From the IMG/VR virus record IMGVR_UViG_3300010885_025649, positions 62,001 to 126,000 of that record: a DNA stretch of 64,000 nucleotides; one strand, 5' to 3'. The position numbers were made by a program, and so were the translations under genes. Position 1 is the stretch's first letter; each line of letters begins with the position of its first letter. Of the stretch, positions 26,962 to 35,313 are shown in pieces. The notes under the pieces are model-generated. The model ran no database searches, was not told where the DNA came from, and saw nothing but the letters and a program-made list of their open reading frames with translations.

Positions 26962-28197
26962 TTAAACTCCTTGCTGTTGTTTTAACTGTTGCACTCGGTT
27001 ACATAACCAAGCATAGGCTTCAGCTTGATTAGTAATATAACCTTCAAGTACTAACTCATGTACTTCATCAATTATCTTCTTATAAATAGGCCCAGGAATA
27101 ACACCTCGCACTTGTAAATCCCGGCCTTGAATAAGATAAGGTAATTTATTATCTAGCACACCTGCTTTTTGTGCAAATTGCAAACAAGCATGAAGAGTAA
27201 TACCAGTAATAGCAAAATAGAAATCACATAAGATTCTTATATTAATAGACTTTAATTTGTGAGCTAATTGCCTAACCTTACTAATAGTGTCACAATCTTC
27301 AATAGCTTTATAGTAAAGGTATAATTCCAATGCAGGTTCTTCAATACGCCCGGTATTACAACTAAGAGTATTAAGTCTCCGGCTACCATAATAAGTATGA
27401 ACAACAACTGCAACCATAAATGCATGTTCATGTGCAGTTTTAGAAGCAACTTGTTTAGCCCGCTGTAAAATTATAGCCGGCTCATCTTCATACTTACCCT
27501 CAAACCAATACTTAAACCAGCCTACATCAGATAAGAACTTTAGGCCAAGCTCAGGATGATCACCTTTAACAAGCAACTTCTGGAACTCACCGCCAATTCT
27601 CTCCATAGAAAGGTCATTAGGGTTTAAGGATTTACACATCTCGATAGTAGCTGGATCTACAATCTGCAGATTAAAGCGAGAGATAAATTGCGCTCCGCGC
27701 AGAACCCGCAAGGGATCTTCTGCAAAAGCCGGTCCTACATGGCGTAGAATACCAGCTCGTAAATCTGCTCTACCATTATAAGGATCTAGGAATTCCCCAG
27801 TCACAAGATTAAGACCAATGGCATTAATAGTAAAGTCTCTTCTGGATGCACCTTCAGCAAAGGTCATGTTAGAATCGCCTTGAATAACAAAGCTGCGATG
27901 TTTATCACCAACTTTAGATTCACGACGAGGGAGAGAAACCTCAAGATCATTAACACTATATACTTGGAACTGTGCCCCTAATAGTTTAGGCTCCGAAGCT
28001 TTTACAGTCTCAGCATACCGATATAGTATATGATGTAGCTTCTCCGCTTCAATTCCATATACTTCAATATCTAAATCTTTAGGAGTAATACCCAAAAGCA
28101 TATCTCTAACAAAGCCACCAACTGCATAGACTTTAGCAGTGGGAACAAAGTTAATGACAAACTGAGCAAAGTTGTGGCCTTTCTGTATTAGTTCCAT
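26962..28197 (-). CDS. tRNA nucleotidyltransferase (CCA-adding enzyme, class II)
   Basis: VGGFVRDMLLG…DLDIEV, SRRDFTINAI, DPYNGRADL, FAEDPLRVLRGAQF, GRDL. Confidence 0.92.
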   Translation of the reverse strand: MELIQKGHNFAQFVINFVPTAKVYAVGGFVRDMLLGITPKDLDIEVYGIEAEKLHHILYRYAETVKASEPKLLGAQFQVYSVNDLEVSLPRRESKVGDKHRSFVIQGDSNMTFAEGASRRDFTINAIGLNLVTGEFLDPYNGRADLRAGILRHVGPAFAEDPLRVLRGAQFISRFNLQIVDPATIEMCKSLNPNDLSMERIGGEFQKLLVKGDHPELGLKFLSDVGWFKYWFEGKYEDEPAIILQRAKQVASKTAHEHAFMVAVVVHTYYGSRRLNTLSCNTGRIEEPALELYLYYKAIEDCDTISKVRQLAHKLKSINIRILCDFYFAITGITLHACLQFAQKAGVLDNKLPYLIQGRDLQVRGVIPGPIYKKIIDEVHELVLEGYITNQAEAYAWLCNRVQQLKQQQGV

Positions 28198-28215
28198 GAG
28201 GTTTCTCCAGGTGAA

Positions 28216-28656
28216 TCAAGCTGTGAGTAATTCCTTAGCCACTTTAGAAGCTACTTTCCCATCATACTTACCATTAAAATTAGCTTTAAGATAATTCATA
28301 AGATCGCCTATTTTAGCCTGAGAATCAAACTTAAGTAATGATTCTAATTCACTCTTAATTTGTTCTTCAGTTAATTGCTGAGGTAAGTATTCAGTAAGAA
28401 TATTAATCTCATCAGTCTGTTGATTAGCCACCATAATATGCGCGCCATCACCAAACTGTAATCTCAAACTCTCATTAGCATTACTAATAAACTTCTTAAT
28501 AACTTGAATAACTTCTTCGTCTGTAGGAAGTCTATTACCTTTATTCTTCCCTACCATAGTAGCTTCTGCCACTAAAGTAGTTAGTAGATTATATTTTAAT
28601 TCAGTTCCTTCTTTGCGAGCTATTAATTTATCTTTCTTTAAAGTATCAAGTAACAT
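28216..28656 (-). CDS. YqeY/GatB-domain protein
   Basis: LPTDEEVIQVIKK…EINILTEYLPQQLTEEQI…IGDLMNYLK…YDGK. Confidence 0.85.
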   Translation of the reverse strand: MLLDTLKKDKLIARKEGTELKYNLLTTLVAEATMVGKNKGNRLPTDEEVIQVIKKFISNANESLRLQFGDGAHIMVANQQTDEINILTEYLPQQLTEEQIKSELESLLKFDSQAKIGDLMNYLKANFNGKYDGKVASKVAKELLTA

Positions 28657-28657
28657 T

Positions 28658-29527
28658 TTAGTAATTCCAGTTAAGTTTATAATCTTCTAATGTGCTATCC
28701 ATTGCCGCAGCTCTAGCCTGTATAATATCACACATAGTTTCCATTAGAGTAAAGTGCCAAGCATAACCATAAAACTGACCACCTTTAGCACCACCAGGAT
28801 ACCAACTTCTACGCAGCATACTAATGGCATCTTCTATAGCAGATAATTCACATAGACTCTTAACAAAGCTCATTAATTTAGGATCGCCTAATGGCAGTTT
28901 GTCTACAAGAATTAATTGGTTAAGGATAGTCACATAGCATCTAATATCTCTAGACTCAGAGATTCCTCCGCGTAGTCCAAGACACCTGGAGAATGATAAT
29001 TGAAATATGTCTGCGAAATAAAACTCCCCGATAGCTTTATAACGTTCAATAGGTTCATGTGTAGTTACATGCTTGTAATACTCTGAGAAATCCTCTAAAT
29101 ATCTATTTACAGAAATCTCTGCCAATTTATCCCAAGCATATTTATGGCACATCCATAAACCTAAGCCATCTGTGTATTTATTATCTTCTTTAACCGGCTC
29201 CTCAGGCCAATAGGAGTAATCTTCAGAATAATAATACTCATCACGTTCTACAACTTCGCAAATAAACTTCTCAGCATCTTCAACCTTAAATCTAGTTTCT
29301 ATTTCTTTAGTAATAATATCTTTAGTAATCTCTTCAATCGCACCATAATCATTATAAAATCCAGTAAAGCCTAGAGTAACTGGCCATGCAGCTTCATTAG
29401 GATAACAAGCACCGCTCATATTCTCAACTTTAGCTTTATAAGGAACTCTAATTAGAAGTCCTATTACTGGATCTCCACAGTGAATTGGTAAATTAGTTAA
29501 TGCACAAGTAGCATTCCAATATCCCAT
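28658..29527 (-). CDS. Conserved phage hypothetical protein
   Basis: MGYWNATCALTNLPI…G.YNDYG N-terminus; 289 aa. Confidence 0.6.
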   Translation of the reverse strand: MGYWNATCALTNLPIHCGDPVIGLLIRVPYKAKVENMSGACYPNEAAWPVTLGFTGFYNDYGAIEEITKDIITKEIETRFKVEDAEKFICEVVERDEYYYSEDYSYWPEEPVKEDNKYTDGLGLWMCHKYAWDKLAEISVNRYLEDFSEYYKHVTTHEPIERYKAIGEFYFADIFQLSFSRCLGLRGGISESRDIRCYVTILNQLILVDKLPLGDPKLMSFVKSLCELSAIEDAISMLRRSWYPGGAKGGQFYGYAWHFTLMETMCDIIQARAAAMDSTLEDYKLNWNY

Positions 29528-29571
29528 TATTATATGTCCTTTTATATTATATTATTTTATATTTAATTAAA

Positions 29572-29643
29572 AGCGAACGAGGAGTGTCGATCTCCCTACC
29601 CGATGCTTGGAAGGCATCCGCTCTGCCGTTGAGCTACGTTCGC
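29572..29643 (-). tRNA. tRNA-Gly(TCC) with non-canonical T-loop
   Basis: GCGAACG/CGTTCGC, U73, GATGC-CTTCCAA-GCATC; T-loop ATCGACA. Confidence 0.8.
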
Positions 29644-29656
29644 GTTCGGATATCAG

Positions 29657-29872
29657 TTATACTAACCATTCTAACATATTAGTAGCCACCTGTACAGAGT
29701 CTTCTAGTTTAAACTCTGCACAAGTAGTTTGATCAGAATCTTCTTCCCCAAATAAATAAACTAATTCACCTGAATTACAGAATTCTATATAAGCATATTT
29801 GTTATTATCTTTACCTTTAAATGTAAGCATAATGCCGCCTTCAACAGAATTATCTACGGTATATACCACCAC
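29657..29872 (-). CDS. Hypothetical protein
   Basis: ORF, start uncertain. Confidence 0.4.
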   Translation of the reverse strand: MVVYTVDNSVEGGIMLTFKGKDNNKYAYIEFCNSGELVYLFGEEDSDQTTCAEFKLEDSVQVATNMLEWLV

Positions 29873-29987
29873 TCAGTATCAATAGATGGATTATTAACTA
29901 GAATGTAACTAGTATCGCCCCGAGTAATCCCATATACAAAATAAATGAATTGCGCTTTATTATCCAGAGCAATTTGATTAGGTTCCA

Positions 29988-30194
29988 TTACAGTCCCAAC
30001 TCTTGTTCTAGTCTAAAGGCCACCGCTTCTTCTTCTGTGGGTGCCGCTATAGGATAATGAAGTTCTTCATATTCCTCAATAGCATTAACAAGTATTGTCA
30101 ATTCGCGGCCTTCCTCTGAATCTACAGGAGCTAAGAAGATTTCTTCTACTCTCCTTAAAGCTTCTTCATACATTTCTTCTGATGTAATTTCCAT
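29988..30194 (-). CDS. HigA-type antitoxin N-terminal domain without HTH (68 aa)
   Basis: ITSEEMYEEALRRVEEIF.AP.DSEEGRELTILVNAIEEYEELHYPIAAPT…AFRLEQ..GL matches the HigA N-terminus and stops where the HTH would begin. Confidence 0.75.
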   Translation of the reverse strand: MEITSEEMYEEALRRVEEIFLAPVDSEEGRELTILVNAIEEYEELHYPIAAPTEEEAVAFRLEQELGL

Positions 30195-30325
30195 TAGATA
30201 TCCTTTACAGTAATAAACTTAGCGAACTCCTTTTGAATTTCTTTTACTTCTTGCTTCTGCTCTAATACAGCTTGCTCACGTTTTCTAGCAAAGCTTTCAA
30301 TAGCTAATTCTATTCATTTGATTCC

Positions 30326-30976
30326 TCAAGTTAATAATGCTTCTAGCAATTCCGGATCAATAGGTAATCTTCTAAGATTAGGAACTAGTAATTCATTCAT
30401 CCAATGTGCATGAGTGGTAACATGATTAGCGCGGACATATTTACCCACACTAGTACTAAACTCATCCATAAAGAAAGCTTCTCTTAATCTAACTACATAA
30501 CCTTCACATAAATCTCCATTAACTATATGTAGCGGCTGGAAAGAATTATCCCATATACCTTCATAAAGAACAGGTACAGTAGGCAATCCAAAGTAATTAC
30601 ACCAAGTAACTACATCATCCCAACTTAAACATTCATCATCTTCCCAAATATTAAATACTTGGAAATACGCTATTAAGTTCTTGTAATAAATACTATGTTT
30701 AGCATATAGATTCTCCCCACAAATCCGCATATTTGTGGGGATATCAAAGGAGAATAAACTATGTAATCTACTTACAAAGGTTCTACTTTTATGATAGGGA
30801 GAATCTATAGATCTAGCATGTAAACCATTAGTATACATAGTAGTATTCTCCCCATCCATCTTCGCAGTAATAACTACTTCTTTACCTTCAAAGGGATTAA
30901 AGGTTAATCTTTTATCATCTGAAGTAGCCCCTGGAGAATCGGGTAAATGTAATGTACGAGGATATTTAGTGGCCAT
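30326..30976 (-). CDS. ATP-dependent RNA ligase (Rnl2-like)
   Basis: KYPRTLHLP.SPG.TSDDK, KMDGENTT, ICGENLYAKHSI, EGYVVR, KYVR; start MATKYP at 30976. Confidence 0.85.
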   Translation of the reverse strand: MATKYPRTLHLPDSPGATSDDKRLTFNPFEGKEVVITAKMDGENTTMYTNGLHARSIDSPYHKSRTFVSRLHSLFSFDIPTNMRICGENLYAKHSIYYKNLIAYFQVFNIWEDDECLSWDDVVTWCNYFGLPTVPVLYEGIWDNSFQPLHIVNGDLCEGYVVRLREAFFMDEFSTSVGKYVRANHVTTHAHWMNELLVPNLRRLPIDPELLEALLT

Positions 30977-31055
30977 ATTTACTTTAGCTCTGATAAGTTT
31001 ACTTATATAATCTAGTAAGTTAAACATAAGAATTATACGAGGCTTTTGTCAAGTG

Positions 31056-31298
31056 TTATACCTTTAAGAGGTTAGCGGTGGTTGTAAGCGAGGGATGCCA
31101 AAGATGTACGGTTACCAATTCCTTTATCCCCTCCAACTCGTCCTGCGTCGGGGGCGGTCCCGGCTTCTCTAGCCGCCGATGCAACATCCCGATCAAAGAC
31201 AGCTTCATGGGACGAGGCAACTGCTGGATCTCTTCCGGTGAAAAGACTTTCAGTGCCGCTTTCGAGATATCGCTTGAGGATACTTGTTCTTTCTGCAT
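31056..31298 (-). CDS. Hypothetical protein (GC-rich)
   Basis: AAGGAG RBS, start MQKEQV at 31298. Confidence 0.5.
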   Translation of the reverse strand: MQKEQVSSSDISKAALKVFSPEEIQQLPRPMKLSLIGMLHRRLEKPGPPPTQDELEGIKELVTVHLWHPSLTTTANLLKV

Positions 31299-31370
31299 GT
31301 TAGACTCCTTGAGTAAATGAGGAAGCCCCCTATAGAAACTATAGAAGGCAGCAGTACTGAGATTCAAAGG

Positions 31371-31437
31371 TGCCTGAAGTAGGAGTTGAACCTACGAATG
31401 ACTTGGGTATGAACCAAGCGCTTTACCCTTGGCTCTT
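31371..31437 (-). pseudogene. tRNA-Met(CAT), 5' acceptor strand cut off by the TnpB element
   Basis: CTTGG-TTCATAC-CCAAG, GTAGG-TTCAACT-CCTAC, 3' TTCAGGC-A; first about 5 nt missing at the IS junction. Confidence 0.75.
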
Positions 31438-32740
31438 TGGGTCTAAAGCCCCGTCCCTTTAGGGCGGCTTTTTATCCTCGTTCGTGCTATCATAAGAACA
31501 GGAGGAAACAATGATTGTCTTTGAGTTCAAAACCTACGGCAAAGCAAGCCAATTCACTGCGATTGATGAGGCTATCCGAACGATGCAATTCATTCGGAAC
31601 AAGTCTATTCGTTTGTGGATGGACGGCCAAGCTAAATCTTGGGTAGAACTCTCCCGTCATTGTGCCCTGCTTGCTAAAGAGTTTGAGTTTGCCAACAAGC
31701 TCAACTCTATGGCTAGACAAGCTGCTGCCGAACGCGCATGGGCTAGTATCTCCCGATTCTACGACAACTGTAAAAGCAAAGTACCCGGTAAGAAAGGGTA
31801 CCCTACTTTTCAGAAAGACTGTAGAAGTGTTGAGTACAAAACCTCTGGTTGGAAGCTATCAGAAGACCGGAAAAGAATAACCTTCACCGACAAGATTGGC
31901 ATTGGTTGTTTGAAGTTAAAAGGCACCCGTGACTTAAACTTCTACGCCCCAGAGCAAATCAAAAGGGTGCGGTTAGTCAAACGTGCGGACGGATACTACG
32001 CGCAGTTCTGTGTCTCAGTAGATAGGTCTGAAGAACTAGAGCCAACAGGAAGTGCAGTTGGTTTGGATGTAGGGCTTAAAGAGTTCTACACCGACTCCAA
32101 TAACCAAACTGTTGATAACCCTCGCTTTCTAAGGACTGGTGAGAAAGCTATAAAGCAGACTCAGCGCAGAGTATCTAAGAAAGTAAAAGGCTCAAATAAT
32201 CGACACAAGGCCAAGAAGACACTAGGCAAACGCCACCTTAAGGTAAGTAGGCAACGCAGGGACTTTGCAATCAAGACTGCAAGGTGCGTAATCAGGTCAA
32301 ACGACCTAGTAGCTTATGAAGACTTAAGGATTAAGAACATGGTGAAGAACCATTGTTTGGCTAAGTCAATAAACGATGCCTCTTGGTACATGTTCCGTCA
32401 GTGGTTGGAGTACTTCGGCAAGATATTTGGCAAGGTAACAATAGCAGTACCAGCAGCCAGAACAAGTCAAGAATGCTCAAACTGTGGGGCTATTGTTGTC
32501 AAGTCATTATCCACTAGGACTCACGCTTGTAAGTGCGGGTGCGTGTTGGATAGAGACCACAACGCAGCGATTAACATTTTGATGAGAGGATTGGGTACCG
32601 CAGGGCATGTGGGAACCTTTGCGCTAGACGCAAGAATCGCTTGGGGAGACACGACCTCTACTCTGGTTGGAGCAATCCTGCCCGTGCAAGCCGTCTCGTA
32701 GAACCAAGAATCCCCGCACCTTTAGGTCGGGGAGTGTCAA
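31438..32740 (+). mobile_element. IS200/IS605-family (IS1341-type, TnpB-only) element
   Basis: Left hairpin AAAGCCCCGTCCCTTTAGGGCGGCTTT; right hairpin CCCCGCACCTTTAGGTCGGGG ending GTGTCAA; no tnpA; higher GC. Left boundary +/-3 nt. Confidence 0.85.
31511..32701 (+). CDS. tnpB: RNA-guided endonuclease TnpB
   Basis: RuvC-I GLDVGLKEF, RuvC-II AYEDL, Zn finger CSNCG…CKCG, RuvC-III DRDHNAAIN. Confidence 0.95.
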   Translation: MIVFEFKTYGKASQFTAIDEAIRTMQFIRNKSIRLWMDGQAKSWVELSRHCALLAKEFEFANKLNSMARQAAAERAWASISRFYDNCKSKVPGKKGYPTFQKDCRSVEYKTSGWKLSEDRKRITFTDKIGIGCLKLKGTRDLNFYAPEQIKRVRLVKRADGYYAQFCVSVDRSEELEPTGSAVGLDVGLKEFYTDSNNQTVDNPRFLRTGEKAIKQTQRRVSKKVKGSNNRHKAKKTLGKRHLKVSRQRRDFAIKTARCVIRSNDLVAYEDLRIKNMVKNHCLAKSINDASWYMFRQWLEYFGKIFGKVTIAVPAARTSQECSNCGAIVVKSLSTRTHACKCGCVLDRDHNAAINILMRGLGTAGHVGTFALDARIAWGDTTSTLVGAILPVQAVS

Positions 32741-32807
32741 CAGAAGCCGGAATCGAACCTACACCTCCTCAAACCATTGAGGATTCTTCCATTAAACTAT
32801 TCTGGGG
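32741..32807 (-). pseudogene. Degenerate tRNA at the TnpB right junction
   Basis: CCCAGAA acceptor, CCTCA/TGAGG stem with irregular loop, GG-TTCGATT-CC T-loop; 3' acceptor ends at TTCTG where the IS begins. Confidence 0.55.
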
Positions 32808-32813
32808 ATGTAA

Positions 32814-33779
32814 CTAAACTAGCCTAATAATATCTTTAGATCTATTAAGAAAGTGATCTGCAAATAAACGATTAACTAATATAATATCAGGAGTAATAAT
32901 ATCAAAACTAGGACCGGGTGCATCTTCTTCAAGCCCGCTATCAAATTTACCAAATACAAACATATCTGGAGTAATAATAAGTTCCTTTCTCTTATAAAAT
33001 AAGAGAGAATATGCGGTTCGGGCTGAGCAACCAAACACATCCGCCACATAATTATAATAATCTACTAAAGATAATTCATAACCTTCAGGAGTTTTCCTAA
33101 CTATTTTAACTTCCGGAATACCCATAACCTTTAATTCAATAGTATCATCTCGAAGTAATACAACTGTACCTACAAAGTCAACACAATTATAATAAAGATG
33201 ATGCCCAAGTGCGGGTAAGAATAATTTAGCTAATATAACTTTAGTAAATTTATGCGAGGGTTTAAAGATACCCACACAAGTAAGATTAGATGCAATAACA
33301 GAACTATTATCAAAGCATTCAGAAAAGAGATAGTTTAATTCTTCACTTTTTAAAGCCAGATTAAATAACTTTATATTAGGAAATGTAATACTTAATTGAT
33401 TATCAAATAAGTTAACCTTAACGACATCTCCTTCAGGTAACTTAGTAGGATCTACTGGTAAGTTATGCGCAAAGGCTAATCGATATGCTTCAAATAGCGG
33501 GTGCTCTACCTGAAATAGTTCTAAGGGAATAGGGATTTGTGCAACACCCTTAACCATAACATAGACGTTATACTGACTATTAACTTGAAGATATATAAGA
33601 TCAGTTATCCCCGGTGCATTTTCTACATTACTGCTAATCTGTTCACCTAAATATTCCATGAATACATTATATTTAGCTTTAAATTTATAGAGAATAACAT
33701 CAACATCTTTAGTAGCCAACCACGCTTTAAACAAATCAACTTGTAACAATTCAACAATTTGCTCAATTAAGTCTTTCAT
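32814..33779 (-). CDS. Hypothetical protein
   Basis: AAGGA RBS, start MKDLIEQ at 33779. Confidence 0.55.
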   Translation of the reverse strand: MKDLIEQIVELLQVDLFKAWLATKDVDVILYKFKAKYNVFMEYLGEQISSNVENAPGITDLIYLQVNSQYNVYVMVKGVAQIPIPLELFQVEHPLFEAYRLAFAHNLPVDPTKLPEGDVVKVNLFDNQLSITFPNIKLFNLALKSEELNYLFSECFDNSSVIASNLTCVGIFKPSHKFTKVILAKLFLPALGHHLYYNCVDFVGTVVLLRDDTIELKVMGIPEVKIVRKTPEGYELSLVDYYNYVADVFGCSARTAYSLLFYKRKELIITPDMFVFGKFDSGLEEDAPGPSFDIITPDIILVNRLFADHFLNRSKDIIRLV

Positions 33780-33787
33780 GGATTCCT

Positions 33788-34120
33788 TCAGGAGTTTGTG
33801 GTTTGTATTAACTGGATATACTTTAGAAGTAATCCCGCAGTAACATCTTCCCAACCTTTACTAATCATTAGATTGAGTTCAATCAAATCTTTATCTAATT
33901 CTGGATCAAAGTTTTCCACAATAAAAGTATTTTTATCGTATGCCCAAACTGCATACCAATTTATATTTACAGTAAGAGTTCCAAGTTCTCTAACTTCTCT
34001 AAGATAAGTTACTAAAGGATTATCTTCGCCCACAAAGGGTCTACCTAACTTAAACTTAGGAGGTTTAGTAGCTAACCAAGATTTAATAAGTTCTAACTGC
34101 AGAGCAGGTTTGAATGACAT
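33788..34120 (-). CDS. Hypothetical protein
   Basis: AGGAG RBS. Confidence 0.5.
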   Translation of the reverse strand: MSFKPALQLELIKSWLATKPPKFKLGRPFVGEDNPLVTYLREVRELGTLTVNINWYAVWAYDKNTFIVENFDPELDKDLIELNLMISKGWEDVTAGLLLKYIQLIQTTNS

Positions 34121-34195
34121 GAAATGGTCTCCTAAGAATGTTTAGAAAGCATTGTAATAGTTGATTCTAAATACTTTATAGAGCTATAAGGATAA

Positions 34196-34217
34196 ACAAA
34201 AGCCCCCGTAAGGGGGC
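34196..34217 (-). terminator. Intrinsic terminator ending the tmRNA transcript
   Basis: GCCCCC-TTAC-GGGGGC-TTTT. Confidence 0.8.
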
Positions 34218-34266
34218 CGATGTCTAACTAGTTGGGTAACAAGGCTAGTTAGCAACCCCGCTCAGT

Positions 34267-34317
34267 TTACGCAGCTACAAGAGCGCGCTTACGAGAGAAA
34301 GGATAAATGTTATTGAC
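34267..34317 (-). other. tmRNA tag reading frame (A)VNNIYPFSRKRALVAA*
   Basis: Direct translation; resembles cyanobacterial ANNIV.F.R..AA tags. Confidence 0.9.
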
Positions 34318-34417
34318 CTTTATTTTGTTTGTGTTTCTTCGCTTACACTGCGTTCAGTGGTACTCTTTCCCAATCATGTCGAAACCTGTATATCCCCGAG
34401 TAGTGGAGATAAGGGGA

Positions 34418-34698
34418 CACGTTACCCCCAGTTTTCACTGAGGCGTGGACTATTCCTTCAACCAAATGCGTGTCTTTGGTTGCCAAGCATTTAAAGCATT
34501 ACTGCTTTCCTAGTCACACTTAAAGTTAGACAAAGCTAATCACGCTCGAAGTGCTCTATGAGTCTCTAGACCATCGTTACCATCACTGGTAGTTTTGGTA
34601 CGGTGTTAACATGTCTGGTTACCCAGATTTAGTCTTCGCCGTTTGAGCTTGGTTTACATTCAACCATTACTGATTGAAGCGACTAACTCTTTCGAGTA
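34418..34698 (-). ncRNA. Group I intron (281 nt, ORF-less) in the tmRNA T-loop
   Basis: Exon …TTCGAU| with P1 U-G pair; P3 GCTC/GAGC; R GAGACT; S GAAGGAATAGTCC; P9 GAAA hairpin; terminal G then TCCCCT. Confidence 0.9.
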
Positions 34699-34871
34699 AT
34701 CGAACCCCTGTCCAGTCATAGTACTCAGTACCACCTAGTCCTCTTCTTAATAAGATCTGTTGAGAACAGTTAGACCCACCGTTATAAGGCCACGGACACG
34801 GGCGCCGAAGATTAAACTATCAGGGCCAGGACGAACCTTGGCCCAACAGCTACAAAGCCTTTGCTTTGTAT

Positions 34872-34952
34872 CTAGCTGTCATCACGATTAACACCAATTA
34901 CAGTAACAAGCAGAATGGCCAGTAGAAAAATGAGGCCACATCCAAGATCCAT
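34872..34952 (-). CDS. 26-aa membrane peptide
   Basis: GGAGA RBS; MDLGCGLIFLLAILLVTVIGVNRDDS*. Confidence 0.4.
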   Translation of the reverse strand: MDLGCGLIFLLAILLVTVIGVNRDDS

Positions 34953-34990
34953 GACAATCTCCAGTGTGTGTGTGGTTAACTAAACTAAAA

Positions 34991-35259
34991 CTCCTCGAAA
35001 AGGATTCGAACCTTTGACCAGTCGATTACTTTACCACTACGGTTTTCACCGCCCTTTCAGTTTGTGGTCTGGACTTTCTCTTCATCCTATTTCTAAGAGC
35101 ACTCTATAAAGTCTCTACACTTGCCCGATCTTACGACCTGCTAGCTCGGGATTGGCATTTTAAAGCTTTCCCCGATTTAGGAGTGTTTTCATCTATTCAT
35201 TTCTAAATAGCGCTGCTATCATTTTACAGTCGACCGCTCTACCACTGAGCTACCGAGGA
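34991..35259 (-). tRNA. tRNA-Asn(GTT), intron-containing
   Basis: Exon 1 35226-35259 ends GTCGA-CTGT; exon 2 34991-35028 begins TAA-TCGAC; spliced loop CTGTTAA; TCCTCGG/TCGAGGA-G73. Confidence 0.92.
35029..35225 (-). ncRNA. Group I intron (197 nt) between anticodon positions 35 and 36
   Basis: P1 CUGU/GCAG with U-G; P3 CACTC/GAGTG; P4 TCGGG/CCCGA; P7 GACTTT/AAAGTC; GAAA P9; terminal G. Confidence 0.92.
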
Positions 35260-35313
35260 ATAAAGGAGAGGTAATTAATCTCTCACACAAACTAATTATA
35301 CCACAAGAATTAC

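Larger units (their letters stand above)
34197..34870 (-). ncRNA. ssrA: Circularly permuted (two-piece) tmRNA, intron-containing
   Basis: 5' end GGGGATATACAGGTTTCGAC at 34397 lies downstream of the 3' end TATCTCC-A (34404). G3-U70 pair; T-stem AGGGG/CCCCT; P2 AGTACCAC/GTGGTACT; pk1; tag ORF; pk2. The acceptor-piece 5' boundary is approximate. Confidence 0.92.

Noticed and set aside
30197-30317. Short ORF with apparent frameshift right after ATG (…ELAIESFARKREQAV…)
   Set aside because: It could be a real pseudogene or a read error; too short to interpret.
31438-32740. IStron (group I intron + TnpB) that would restore tRNA-Met by splicing
   Set aside because: Only about 70 nt precede TnpB, no group I core is visible, and the element is antisense to the tRNA.
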